Shown here one piece after another: positions 39,206 to 48,175 of a stretch of DNA of 64,000 nucleotides. The stretch's first letter is position 1. Each line of letters begins with the position of its first letter. Source of the stretch: Thalassobaculaceae bacterium (GTDB taxonomy: Bacteria; Pseudomonadota; Alphaproteobacteria; Thalassobaculales; Thalassobaculaceae); assembly GCA_965228875.1 (NCBI GenBank), contig OZ245843.1:4446616-4510615 (forward strand), given 5' to 3'. The notes beneath the pieces are model-generated. The model was given only the letters and a program-made list of their open reading frames with translations, was not told where the DNA came from and did not search any database. The position numbers and the translations under genes are program-made.

Positions 39206-40999
39206 TCATCTCAACCGCACGAAACCGTCTCGACTCCAGACCTCGCTGCCGACCTGGTGGTGGCCGACGAACAGGCCTTCGGGGTCGTAGCGGTTCTTGA
39301 TCGCAAGCAGACGCGGATAGTGCGGACCCCAGGCCGCGTCCTGCCAGTTCTCCTCGTGGAAGTTCATTTCCGCGGAGTAGGAGCCGGTGTCGGGTTCGAT
39401 CGCCCGGAACCGCTCGTAGACACCCTTGATGCGCGCGGCCTTGTCGCGCAGAGCGGCCTCGTCCGGTTCGAGTCCGTCGATCCCATCATAGGCGTTCTGC
39501 TGGGCGCCTGCCACGAGCAGCAGCGCGAAGGCGTCGATGACCGAGGGGTGGACCGGGGTGTCGCGGGCGTCCGCCAGCCGCGCCTCGTCGGCGCCGGCCA
39601 GGCCCTTCTGGAAATGGAAGGCGAAGCGAACCTGTCGGGCGGCATCGATGATCGTATCGGCCAGCGCAGGAATGCGGGTCGCATCGAGCAGGCCCTGGCC
39701 GAGCCAGGCGGATTCGTACCCCGCCCAGAAGACGCTGGTCTCGCCGTTGTCGCCGTTCCAGAAGAAGCGCTGGCCCGCTCTGCTGGAGGCTTCGTCCAGC
39801 ACGACGGTCTCCGGGAATTCCCGGGTCCGGTAATCCAGGTCCCACCATTTTCGGGCAGGCGTGTCGTAGATCACCGGTTCCTCGGTGAAGGTGTAGGCTT
39901 CGCCGTCGACCAGATCGAGGACCGGCGCCCAGATCCGCCGCATCTCCTCCGGGGTGACGTCGATGCTGGTCATCTTGACGAACATCCGGTTGTCCGGTGC
40001 GAAATGCACCTGCTCGCCCCAGGCTGGACTGATCAGGTTGTCCCGTGCCAGACCGAGAAAGGTTTCGACCAGGGTGCGGAAAGCCTTCTCGTCCCGTGCC
40101 TGGATACCGCATCCGATGAAGCCGAAGCGCTCGGGCAACTCGCGGGTGGCAAGGGTCAGGCGGGTGGTGATGCCCCAGCCGGCCCCACCGCCTTTCAGCG
40201 CCCAGAACAGGTCGCTGTTCTGGAACTCGTTGACGACCAGGATGCGCCCGTCCGCGACGACGATCTCGGCCTCCAGAAGATTGGCGGCGGTCATGCCGCC
40301 GTATTTCGAGAAATGGCCGAAACCGCCGCTCTGCATGTGGCCGCCGACGCCGACGGAGGTGCAGCCGCCACCCTGTACGTAGCGCCCGTGCCTGACGACA
40401 ACCTCGCCATAGAGGTCGATGAATTTCTCGCCCGACGCGACCGATACCGCGGGCTGGCCGGCCCCGGTGCCGCCTTGCGGCACGAAGGCGTCGTGCAGGT
40501 CGATCCCCCTGAGGTCCCGGGTCCAGACAAGCAGGCTGTCGGCCGCGTTGGACTGACCGTAGTAGGAGTGGCCACCGCCCTTGATGACCAGGCGCAGGTT
40601 GTGCTCGCGGGCGAATGTCACCAGTTCGGACACGTCGCTCGCCGTCTTCGGGATGCCGACCATGGCGCTCTGTGCGCTCTTCCACCCGTCAAGCCAGCCG
40701 AGCGACTGTGTGGATCCGGAGAAATCCTGGAGAAAGAACGGGTTTACGAGCTTCTTGAGCCCGGCTTCCGTCAGCTTTCCGCCGTCGCGTTCGCGAACCT
40801 CCTCCAGGGCGGAACGGGAGGTCTCCAGAACGCCCTCCAGTCGCGCGCCAAGGGCTCGCCACTCGCTCGAGGTCGGCCAGTTGGCGTCGCTCGGCCGCGT
40901 GCGCTGCTGGCCGGCGACACCCGCGAGGGCTGGAAGACCGGGCAGCAGGGTCGCGAGACCCGTGGATGCGAGAAGCTGAAGGCAGGCTCTGCGAAGCAT
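39206..40999 (-). CDS. BBE-like FAD-linked oxidase with probable Tat signal
   Basis: MLRR..LQ leader; 'IKGGGHSYYGQS' and 'GGCTSVGVGG' (His/Cys sites for bicovalent FAD); C-terminal 'KNRYDPEGLF'. Confidence 0.9.
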   Translation of the reverse strand: MLRRACLQLLASTGLATLLPGLPALAGVAGQQRTRPSDANWPTSSEWRALGARLEGVLETSRSALEEVRERDGGKLTEAGLKKLVNPFFLQDFSGSTQSLGWLDGWKSAQSAMVGIPKTASDVSELVTFAREHNLRLVIKGGGHSYYGQSNAADSLLVWTRDLRGIDLHDAFVPQGGTGAGQPAVSVASGEKFIDLYGEVVVRHGRYVQGGGCTSVGVGGHMQSGGFGHFSKYGGMTAANLLEAEIVVADGRILVVNEFQNSDLFWALKGGGAGWGITTRLTLATRELPERFGFIGCGIQARDEKAFRTLVETFLGLARDNLISPAWGEQVHFAPDNRMFVKMTSIDVTPEEMRRIWAPVLDLVDGEAYTFTEEPVIYDTPARKWWDLDYRTREFPETVVLDEASSRAGQRFFWNGDNGETSVFWAGYESAWLGQGLLDATRIPALADTIIDAARQVRFAFHFQKGLAGADEARLADARDTPVHPSVIDAFALLLVAGAQQNAYDGIDGLEPDEAALRDKAARIKGVYERFRAIEPDTGSYSAEMNFHEENWQDAAWGPHYPRLLAIKNRYDPEGLFVGHHQVGSEVWSRDGFVRLR

Positions 41000-41092
41000 C
41001 GGCACCTCCGAGGTGTTGGATGTAGTCAGGCAGGTGGCGGTCGGATAGCGGTAGTGCCTCGAAACCGGCGCCGAGGCGGGGGCGCCGCCGTC

Positions 41093-42217
41093 TCAGTACG
41101 TGTAGTCGTCCGCCGCCAGCAGGGGATACTGCCCCCAGACCTGCGTCGGCTCCACAGGGTCGGTGCGCGTCACGTAGCGACCGTCCAACTCGTCGAAGGA
41201 GTTCACCCCGAGCAGGCCGAGATCGATGCGGACCTCCTCCTCAAGCAGTTCCAGGACCCGGATCACGCCGGCCGCACCGCCGGCGGCGAGGCCGCAGCAC
41301 AGCATCCGGCCGATGCCGACCGCGTCGGCGCCGAGCGCCCGGGCCTTGACGATGTCGGACCCGCGGGTGACGCCGCCGTCGACCGCAACGGAGGCGCGGC
41401 CGTCGACCGCGTCGACCACCTCCGGCAGCACGTCGAGCGCGCCGAGCCCATGGTCGAGCTGGCGTCCGCCGTGGTTGGAGACGTAGATCATCTCCGCCCC
41501 GTGCTCGACCGCCATGCGGGCGTCCTCGGCGGTGGCGATGCCCTTGAGGATCAGCGGGATGTCGTAGGTCTTCTTGAAGCGCTCGACATCCTTCCAGTTC
41601 AGGGCCTTCTGGTACTCCATGCCGGGGACCTGGCGCCACGGCTTGACGAACCGGTTGGCCATGTCGCGCTCGCGCCGGCTGTACCAGGCGCTGTCGACGG
41701 TGAGCGCGAAGGCGTCGTAGCCGTGGTCGACCGCCCGGGCGACGATGTCATCGAGCCAGGCGTCGTCGCCGCGCTTGTACAGGCAGAACACCTTGGTGCC
41801 GCCTTCGATCCTGGCCACGTCCTCCAGCGGCACCGTGCCGACGGAGGAGAGGAACAGCGGCACGCCGTAGCGCGATGCCGCCCCCATCGCCTGGACCGGC
41901 CCGTTCGGGGCGAAGCTCTCGAGGCTGCCGATCGGGCAGAGCAGGACCGGCAGCGAGACCTTGTGCCCGAGGAAGGCGCCCGACGTGTCGATCTCACGCA
42001 TGTCCCGCAGGACGCGCGGGCGGAACGCCACCTTGTCGAAAGCCAGCCGGTTGCGCTTGACCGTGGTCTCGCTCTCGGTGCCGCCACGCAGGTAGTCCCA
42101 GGTGTTGCGATCCAGGTTCACCCGAGCGCGCTTGACGATCTCGTGCAGCACGTGGAACTCGTCGCGGACCCGATCCAGGTCGGCCGCCAGGTCATCTTGC
42201 GCGATGGCGTCGTTCAT
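41093..42217 (-). CDS. FMN-dependent alpha-hydroxy acid oxidase/dehydrogenase
   Basis: 'FRPRVLRD', 'LTVD', 'LILKGI', 'VSNHGGRQLD', 'DGGVTRGSD'. Confidence 0.93.
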   Translation of the reverse strand: MNDAIAQDDLAADLDRVRDEFHVLHEIVKRARVNLDRNTWDYLRGGTESETTVKRNRLAFDKVAFRPRVLRDMREIDTSGAFLGHKVSLPVLLCPIGSLESFAPNGPVQAMGAASRYGVPLFLSSVGTVPLEDVARIEGGTKVFCLYKRGDDAWLDDIVARAVDHGYDAFALTVDSAWYSRRERDMANRFVKPWRQVPGMEYQKALNWKDVERFKKTYDIPLILKGIATAEDARMAVEHGAEMIYVSNHGGRQLDHGLGALDVLPEVVDAVDGRASVAVDGGVTRGSDIVKARALGADAVGIGRMLCCGLAAGGAAGVIRVLELLEEEVRIDLGLLGVNSFDELDGRYVTRTDPVEPTQVWGQYPLLAADDYTY

Positions 42218-42252
42218 TCGTTGATTCCTCCGGTGTTCATTCGCAGCCCATC

Positions 42253-43575
42253 CTAGCTGGGCCGGGTTTCTTCGATCCAGGTGTGCAATGCGTTCCAGGC
42301 CCGCGACCGGGCGCCGGCGCTGACCACCATGCCGATATGTCCGAGCGCGATGTCCGCGCGGGTCGCGTTGGGCAGTCGATCGGCGAGCGCACGCGCCGAT
42401 GCGGGCGGGACGATGCGGTCGCGCGCCGGGATCATGGCGAGCGCCGGCACCGTCACCTGTTCCGGGATGACCGTCCGCCCGGCGATCCGCCAGTCCCCGG
42501 TCGCCGGCGTATTGCGGCCGTACCAGTCGAACAGCGCCTCTCGGGCCACAGGGGCGGCGAGGGGCACGCCGTCGTTCAGCCAGTCCTCCAGCGCGACGAA
42601 CTCGGCTGCCGCGGCGGAGTCGGAAGGGGTCTGTCCGAAGCGCAGGAACTTGTTGATGACCAGCAGCGGATCGAGGGCGAAGAACAGCGCCTGGATCCAG
42701 TCGGTCGGCAGCCATCCCAGTGTCTCGATCGTGCCGGCGAGCCAGGGCTCGGCCATCGGCAGGGAGGCGGCGACGGGTGGCGCGTCGGCCGCGAAATCGA
42801 ACGGCGTCGCCAGCAGCATCAGACCGGCGACGTCGCGCGGGCGGCGCTGCGCCAGGGCCAGCGTCAACAGCCCGCCCATGCAGTAGCCCATCAGCATCGG
42901 TCGCGCGCCGGAGATCGTCAGCACCGCCTCCAGCGCTGCCTCCAATCGCCCGGCGACATAGTCGGTCAGGGAGAACCGGCGCTCGACCTCGCCGGGGAAG
43001 CCCCATTCGATCAGGAAGGGCCGGTAGCCGCGCCGTGCCAGGTCGCGAAGCAGGGAGCGTTCCTCGGTGAGGTCGAGGACGTAGCCGCGGTTGACCAGGG
43101 ACGGGACGACCAGCACCGGTGGCCCGTCGCGTGCCGCTTCCGCCAGGACGCCGTAGTCCAGCATCAGCGTCGACCCATCCTTCCAGCAGACCGTCGGTTC
43201 CGGAACGCGGCGGCGGTACGGGTGATGGCGGTAACGCTCGACCCCGGTCAGGAACAGGTCGAGGCGGCGGCGCACCTCGGCGTCGACAGCGGACTCGAAA
43301 CCGCCCGACGGCGGGCTGGTCCCGTCAGCGCCGGCGGCCGCCGCCCGTGCCGCCTCCAGGGCGTCGAGCTGGGCTTTCAGGGTCGCCGCCGTCTCGCTCA
43401 AGCCGGGCTTCCAGTCGAGCGATCCGTTCCTCCAGGCGACGGAGCTCGCGTAGGACGACAGCCAGGTCGTCGCCGCCGCGCCCAGATACAGGGGCAGCGG
43501 GCGCGGCCCCGGCCGTGGGGCGCCCGGCGGTGGCCTGGGGCCCGGTGTCTCCTGCGTCTGCGTATCCCGTGTCAT
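42253..43575 (-). CDS. Class III PhaC-like PHA synthase / alpha-beta hydrolase
   Basis: 'VPSLVNRGYVLDL', lipase-box Cys 'GYCMGG', Asp 'RDRIVP', His 'GHIG', 'ALEDWLND'. Start uncertain. Confidence 0.8.
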   Translation of the reverse strand: MTRDTQTQETPGPRPPPGAPRPGPRPLPLYLGAAATTWLSSYASSVAWRNGSLDWKPGLSETAATLKAQLDALEAARAAAAGADGTSPPSGGFESAVDAEVRRRLDLFLTGVERYRHHPYRRRVPEPTVCWKDGSTLMLDYGVLAEAARDGPPVLVVPSLVNRGYVLDLTEERSLLRDLARRGYRPFLIEWGFPGEVERRFSLTDYVAGRLEAALEAVLTISGARPMLMGYCMGGLLTLALAQRRPRDVAGLMLLATPFDFAADAPPVAASLPMAEPWLAGTIETLGWLPTDWIQALFFALDPLLVINKFLRFGQTPSDSAAAAEFVALEDWLNDGVPLAAPVAREALFDWYGRNTPATGDWRIAGRTVIPEQVTVPALAMIPARDRIVPPASARALADRLPNATRADIALGHIGMVVSAGARSRAWNALHTWIEETRPS

Positions 43576-43840
43576 GGCCGGCACTATAGGACGGTGTCGG
43601 TGTCGGTGCGTAGCCCGGCTGCAGGCCGTCGGCCCTGGGGCGTCCCGCCGGCGGCGCGAACCCCTGACCGGTCCACAGCGCCGTCCAGCGGCGCACGGCG
43701 TCGGCCACCTCCGGATCGGTGGCCATGGCCTGCACCTGGGACTGCCACAGGTCCATGAACCGGCGCGCCAAATCGCCCGCATCGGGCGGGGGCGTATCGG
43801 CGGGGCCGGTGGGGCCGTTCTTGTCGCTGGGTCCGGTCAT
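43325..43840 (-). CDS. Small PHA-locus protein with C-terminal coiled coil (PhaE-like?)
   Basis: 'DLARRFMDLWQSQVQAMATDPE' and 'LRELRRLEERIARLEARLE'; directly upstream of the PhaC-like gene and overlapping it. Confidence 0.6.
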   Translation of the reverse strand: MTGPSDKNGPTGPADTPPPDAGDLARRFMDLWQSQVQAMATDPEVADAVRRWTALWTGQGFAPPAGRPRADGLQPGYAPTPTPSYSAGHDTGYADAGDTGPQATAGRPTAGAAPAAPVSGRGGDDLAVVLRELRRLEERIARLEARLERDGGDPESPARRPGGGTGGGRRR

Positions 43841-44037
43841 GGCGGCGGAGTATCTCACGGTGATCGGGGTCGGCCAAGCGTCGCCCCGGGGTAGAATCCG
43901 GACCGTCGTTGCCGCGTCGCCACAAGTAGCAAGCGCGGGAAATATCACGGATTCCGGACATCGTCGTTGCAAAGCACAAACGACCGGAGCACTCTCTGAA
44001 GAATAGGCTGACACAGATTTGGGTGGGACCGTAGGCG

Positions 44038-44808
44038 ATGGCGGAGACTTCCAAGACAAGTGTGCCCAAGAATCCGGCCCGTGCGACGGGTCGAAAGCCC
44101 GCGGCCAAGACGACGGCGCGGCGGGGTGAGACGGAAGACGGTGGCAACGACGCCATCACGATCAAGAAATACGCAAACCGCCGGCTCTACAACACGGCGA
44201 CGAGCAGCTACGTCACCCTCGACCACCTGTGTCAGATGGTGAAGGATGGCGTAGAGTTCGTGGTCTACGACGCCAAGACTGGCGAGGACATCACCCGCGC
44301 GGTGCTGACCCAGATCATCGTCGAGGAGGAGGCGAAGGGGCAGAATCTGCTGCCGATCGGTTTCCTGCGCCAGCTCATCAGCTTCTACGGCGACAACCTG
44401 CAGATGGTGGTGCCGGGCTATCTCGAGTCCTCCATGTCCGCCTTCGCCCAGAACCAGGAGCGGATGCGCAGCTACATGCAGGAGGCGTTCGGCGGCATGT
44501 ATCCGTTCGGCTCGATCGAGGACATGACGAAGCGCAACCTGGCGATGCTGGAGCAGGCGATGACCATGTTCGCGCCCCAGTCCCAGGCCGGGTCCGCCCA
44601 GGCCGGGTCCGCCCAGGCCGGGCCCTCCCAGGCCGGACCCGCACGCGAGGAAGCGCAAGCTAAGCCCGCGGCCGACACCGCCGGGGCATCGGCCGAGGAC
44701 ACGGCCGCGGCCGTGCGGCAGCTGCAGAACCAGCTCGAGACGCTCCAGCGCCAGTTGCTCGAGCTGGGCACCGGCTCTCTCTCCGGGCGGGATACGAAGG
44801 GGTCCTGA
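44038..44808 (+). CDS. phaR: Polyhydroxyalkanoate synthesis repressor PhaR
   Basis: 'IKKYANRRLYNTATSSYVTL', 'DAKTGEDITR.VLTQII', 'LLPIGFLRQLISFYGD'. Confidence 0.96.
   Translation: MAETSKTSVPKNPARATGRKPAAKTTARRGETEDGGNDAITIKKYANRRLYNTATSSYVTLDHLCQMVKDGVEFVVYDAKTGEDITRAVLTQIIVEEEAKGQNLLPIGFLRQLISFYGDNLQMVVPGYLESSMSAFAQNQERMRSYMQEAFGGMYPFGSIEDMTKRNLAMLEQAMTMFAPQSQAGSAQAGSAQAGPSQAGPAREEAQAKPAADTAGASAEDTAAAVRQLQNQLETLQRQLLELGTGSLSGRDTKGS
44582..44641 (+). repeat. Four tandem 15-bp units inside phaR
   Basis: CCCAGGCCGGGTCCG twice, then CCCAGGCCGGGCCCT and CCCAGGCCGGACCCG; encodes QAGSA/QAGPS repeats. Confidence 0.85.
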
Positions 44809-44912
44809 GACCTCGAGCGCGTTTCGCGCCGCGATCGACGGCCGAAAATAGACACTTCCTGACAATCCTGCGGTAGAGTCCGCCGTCGACCACTGCAGGA
44901 AGGTCGAGTCCG

Positions 44913-45341
44913 ATGGTCTCGTCCGTCGACGGTCCCGGCCCCCCGCCGGGGGGCTTCCTTCCCGTGCCGACGGACGGACGGTCCGCCGTTGCCCCCGGTC
45001 GTACCCTCGATAGCGGCGCCCGCGGCGCCGAGGCCGGGCGTGCTCGTGCGGCGGGGAGCGATGCCGTCGCCACGCCGATCGCCGACACCGCCGAGAGGGG
45101 CGTCGGCGGGCGTGCCAACCCGTTTCTCGACCGTTCCGAGGCGTTCCGTCGCCCGCTTCTCGCGTCGCGCCCGGCGGCGTCCTTCCTCGCCCAGGCGATC
45201 GGTCAGGACGGAGGCGGCGAAGGCGGCCGGGAGCGGGCGGATCTCCGTTCCGCCGCCAACCGGTACCGCACCGTACAGGAGACGGTGGATCGCGACCTCG
45301 CGCGCCGCACCGGGCTGCCGGGCATCGACGTGGTGGCGTAA
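44913..45341 (+). CDS. Hypothetical protein
   Basis: 142 aa, low-complexity N-terminus, 'ASFLAQAIGQ', ends 'PGIDVVA'; RBS-like GGAAGG. Confidence 0.5.
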   Translation: MVSSVDGPGPPPGGFLPVPTDGRSAVAPGRTLDSGARGAEAGRARAAGSDAVATPIADTAERGVGGRANPFLDRSEAFRRPLLASRPAASFLAQAIGQDGGGEGGRERADLRSAANRYRTVQETVDRDLARRTGLPGIDVVA

Positions 45342-45406
45342 CCCGTCAGCCGCCTCAACGCTGGTCGAGACAACCTGTCGCGCCTCCACATTCCGGCGGC
45401 TCCGTG

Positions 45407-46984
45407 TCACTCGAGTGCTGTCGCCGGGCGGAACGCGTCGGCGATGCGATACGGCCGGACGACCAGATCGCCACTCGGACCGACCAGGGCGGTCTTGAAC
45501 GCGTCGTCGGGCGTTTCGGCTAAGGCACTCGGCTTCTCCGCCAGATGCTCCCGGTGGTCCGTGAAGAGCGTCTTCAACCCGGCGCGGCTTCCGGCGATCC
45601 GCTCGTGCGGGTTGACCACGAAGTCGAAGGGGTTGGGACGTTCCTTGCCGGGCTCTCCGATTTCGTCCTGATGCTGGTAGTTGTCCGCCTCTATCATGGC
45701 GGTCCGGATCTGGAAATGCGTCGGCAGGGCGTCCACCAACGCGTGGCGGGCAAGGGTCATGGTGCCGCCGGATTTGCCGCCGTCGTCGACGAGGAGAATG
45801 CGGGTACCGCTCGGCCCCTGGAGGCCGCGCTGAAGCTGCTCGGACATCGTCTCCCGGATCGGCGCGCGCAGAACACTGGGGTCGTCGGCGCCTTCGACGA
45901 TGGCCTTGGCGGCTGACTTGACGGCCTGCGGGCGGAGATAGTTGACCTCCGGGGTATGGCCTGTGAGGGCGCCCAGTGCGCCTGCCACGCGGTTGGCCGC
46001 GTGGGCGCCGCCCGTGGGCAGTCCGATGACGAGGTTCGGCATGAATCCAGCATCCCGCAGGCTTACCGCGAGCGCGGCGGCGCGCGAGTCGTAGCCGACT
46101 GTCACTTCCCGCCGTTTCGGAAACGCGCCGGACACCCGTTCGAGGTCGGCGGTGTCGATCCTGGCGAGAATGTCCAGCGCTTCGCCATAGCTCTGCTTGG
46201 CGCCTGGCTCGTCGCGACCAAGCGACGCCTGGTAGAAAGCGCGGTTGGCGAGCGCGGAGGCACGGCCGACCATCGCCAACTGGTCTCCGCGTTGCTTCAG
46301 TGCTTCCGGGCCGACGTCGCCCTGTCGCGTGCGGAGCACGGCATCGCTCATCCATTGCGACAGGTAGTCTAGATCCTGACGGGTTGAGGGGAGGGTGCGC
46401 AGGTCGCGATTCTTAACGGCCGTCTTCAGATTGGCGAGGAGTGTGCCCTTCAGCACCTCCGGATTGGCCGTTACCGGCACCGGAGGCTCTCCGTAGTGCC
46501 CGGCCAGGGCGTCCGCGTCGCTCTGTCCGCCCAGGCCCCGCCAAAAAGGCTGCGCCGGCGTTGCCGGACCAAGGCGCCAGGGGGCCGCGTGCGGCGGCGC
46601 CAGGGGGTGGTTCGCGGATCGGGCCGTCCGCAAGTCAGACATCGGCCGGGCGGTCGGAGGGGGCGCCGGCGCGGCGACGGGAACACGCAGAACGGGCGCC
46701 GCCACCATCGCCCGCTGCAACTGGGCGGCGCCCGCCGGTCGCTGTTGGTGGCGCAGTTCGTGGGCGAGGGCGGGTCTCGCCGGAGCCGGGACCGTGGATT
46801 TCAGTTGTACGCCGGCGCCACCCCTGGCCGCGGCGACGCCCCGGTTCTCATGCGCCAGAAGGGGGCGCTGCGGCGCCGGGACGGAACGCGGCTTGGCCAG
46901 GGCCACATCGGGACCGGGCGGATGACGGATCTGCCGCAGCTCATGCGGCAGAAGGGGGCGCTGCGGCGATCCGACACGTCTCAT
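45407..46984 (-). CDS. Type I phosphoribosyltransferase-domain protein with repetitive, disordered N-terminus
   Basis: 'FMPNLVIGLPTGG' and PRPP loop 'RILLVDDGGKSGGTM'; RBS GGGAG upstream of ATG; three PxPxRPxLxHExR repeats. Confidence 0.7.
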   Translation of the reverse strand: MRRVGSPQRPLLPHELRQIRHPPGPDVALAKPRSVPAPQRPLLAHENRGVAAARGGAGVQLKSTVPAPARPALAHELRHQQRPAGAAQLQRAMVAAPVLRVPVAAPAPPPTARPMSDLRTARSANHPLAPPHAAPWRLGPATPAQPFWRGLGGQSDADALAGHYGEPPVPVTANPEVLKGTLLANLKTAVKNRDLRTLPSTRQDLDYLSQWMSDAVLRTRQGDVGPEALKQRGDQLAMVGRASALANRAFYQASLGRDEPGAKQSYGEALDILARIDTADLERVSGAFPKRREVTVGYDSRAAALAVSLRDAGFMPNLVIGLPTGGAHAANRVAGALGALTGHTPEVNYLRPQAVKSAAKAIVEGADDPSVLRAPIRETMSEQLQRGLQGPSGTRILLVDDGGKSGGTMTLARHALVDALPTHFQIRTAMIEADNYQHQDEIGEPGKERPNPFDFVVNPHERIAGSRAGLKTLFTDHREHLAEKPSALAETPDDAFKTALVGPSGDLVVRPYRIADAFRPATALE

Positions 46985-47082
46985 TGACGCTCCCGTCCGT
47001 CATTGGGGACGTGGACAGCGTATGGGGGATCTTGTGTCCGATCAATGCGCGGGCTGGTGTTGGACCCCGGGCGGTGCGGCGC

Positions 47083-48066
47083 CTACTTCTGCAGGATGTT
47101 GGTGATCTCGCGCAGCTGGGTGCGGGCGCGCAGCAGGTAGAAACCCTGCACCGCCAGGTGGCTCGGGAAGTAGGCGCCGTCCGGTGCGCCGTTCATGACC
47201 ACAAGCGGGTCGAGGATCGCCGCCTGGTCGATGGACTGCATCATCTGGTCCCAGGCGGACCCGATCTGCTTGTCGCCGAGGACCGGTGCGAAATCGTGGC
47301 CGAGCTCCCGCAGCAGGATCGCGTAGCCGTACAGCCGGCCCTTCACCGAGTAGAAGATGTCGTCGACCTTGGAGTCGATGAACATCGGCCGCGGCTTGGC
47401 GAGGTGCTGGTCGATGGTTGCCGAGGCGGAGCCGAGATCGGAGGCGATCCGATCCAGGGTGGCGAGCAGGTTGTCGGCCCGACGCTCGAAGATCGCCTCG
47501 CCGCTGGCCAGCCGCTCGTTGTAGGCCTTCAACGCCCGCGACGCGGCCCGGTACTGGGCCTCCGACGAGGTGGTCGGCAGGAACGAGGTGGAAAGGTCGA
47601 AGATCCAGACGTTGCCCGGATACTTCAGCAGGCCGGCGGCCTTGTCCAGGTCGGCGTCGACTTCCGAGGAGCCTCGGGTCCGGCCGATCTGGTCCGACAT
47701 CTCGATGGCGAAGCGGGACAGCGCGTAGACGATGCCCTGCTGGAAGTTCGGCGTGTTGTCGAGCAGGGCCGAGGGATAGAACCACGGGTCGTTGGCGGTC
47801 CAGTAGTGGACATTCACCTCCCGGTCGATCAGGGCGGCCGAGGCCGCGACGGCGCGGCTGCCACCCTCGGGCTCGTCGGCGGCCCGGAACGCCGGGTCGT
47901 CGTCGATCGAGTGCATGGCGAACGCGCCGATGGCGTAGTACAGCACCACCGCCACCAAGAGGGCGACGACCGAGACGCCGCCGAGCCGGGCGATGCCTCT
48001 GCTCGGCAGTAACCGGCGCTTGGGCGCCGAATACTCGTCGTCCCAGTCGATTTCCGGTCGCGCCAT
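47083..48066 (-). CDS. DUF2333 family protein
   Basis: N-terminal TM; 'LDNTPNFQQG', 'RTRGSSEVDADL', 'RADNL', 'DDIFYSVKG', 'PLVVMNG'. Confidence 0.85.
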   Translation of the reverse strand: MARPEIDWDDEYSAPKRRLLPSRGIARLGGVSVVALLVAVVLYYAIGAFAMHSIDDDPAFRAADEPEGGSRAVAASAALIDREVNVHYWTANDPWFYPSALLDNTPNFQQGIVYALSRFAIEMSDQIGRTRGSSEVDADLDKAAGLLKYPGNVWIFDLSTSFLPTTSSEAQYRAASRALKAYNERLASGEAIFERRADNLLATLDRIASDLGSASATIDQHLAKPRPMFIDSKVDDIFYSVKGRLYGYAILLRELGHDFAPVLGDKQIGSAWDQMMQSIDQAAILDPLVVMNGAPDGAYFPSHLAVQGFYLLRARTQLREITNILQK

Positions 48067-48175
48067 GTCTCTGCCCCTTCGCGGCTGCGTGTGACGGCCC
48101 GCTCACGAGACCGGACCCGGTAGAGACATAGGGATTGGGCGACGCCCTGTCATCTGCGCCGCTTGACCGCCCGGC

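Noticed and set aside
39200..42256. Very long antisense or alternate-frame ORFs (1018 aa here; also 9854-11800, 13049-15220, 18027-20396, 24951-26771, 48524-50899)
   Set aside because: They are shadows of well-supported genes on the opposite strand. High GC3 suppresses stop codons, and the translations carry no motifs.
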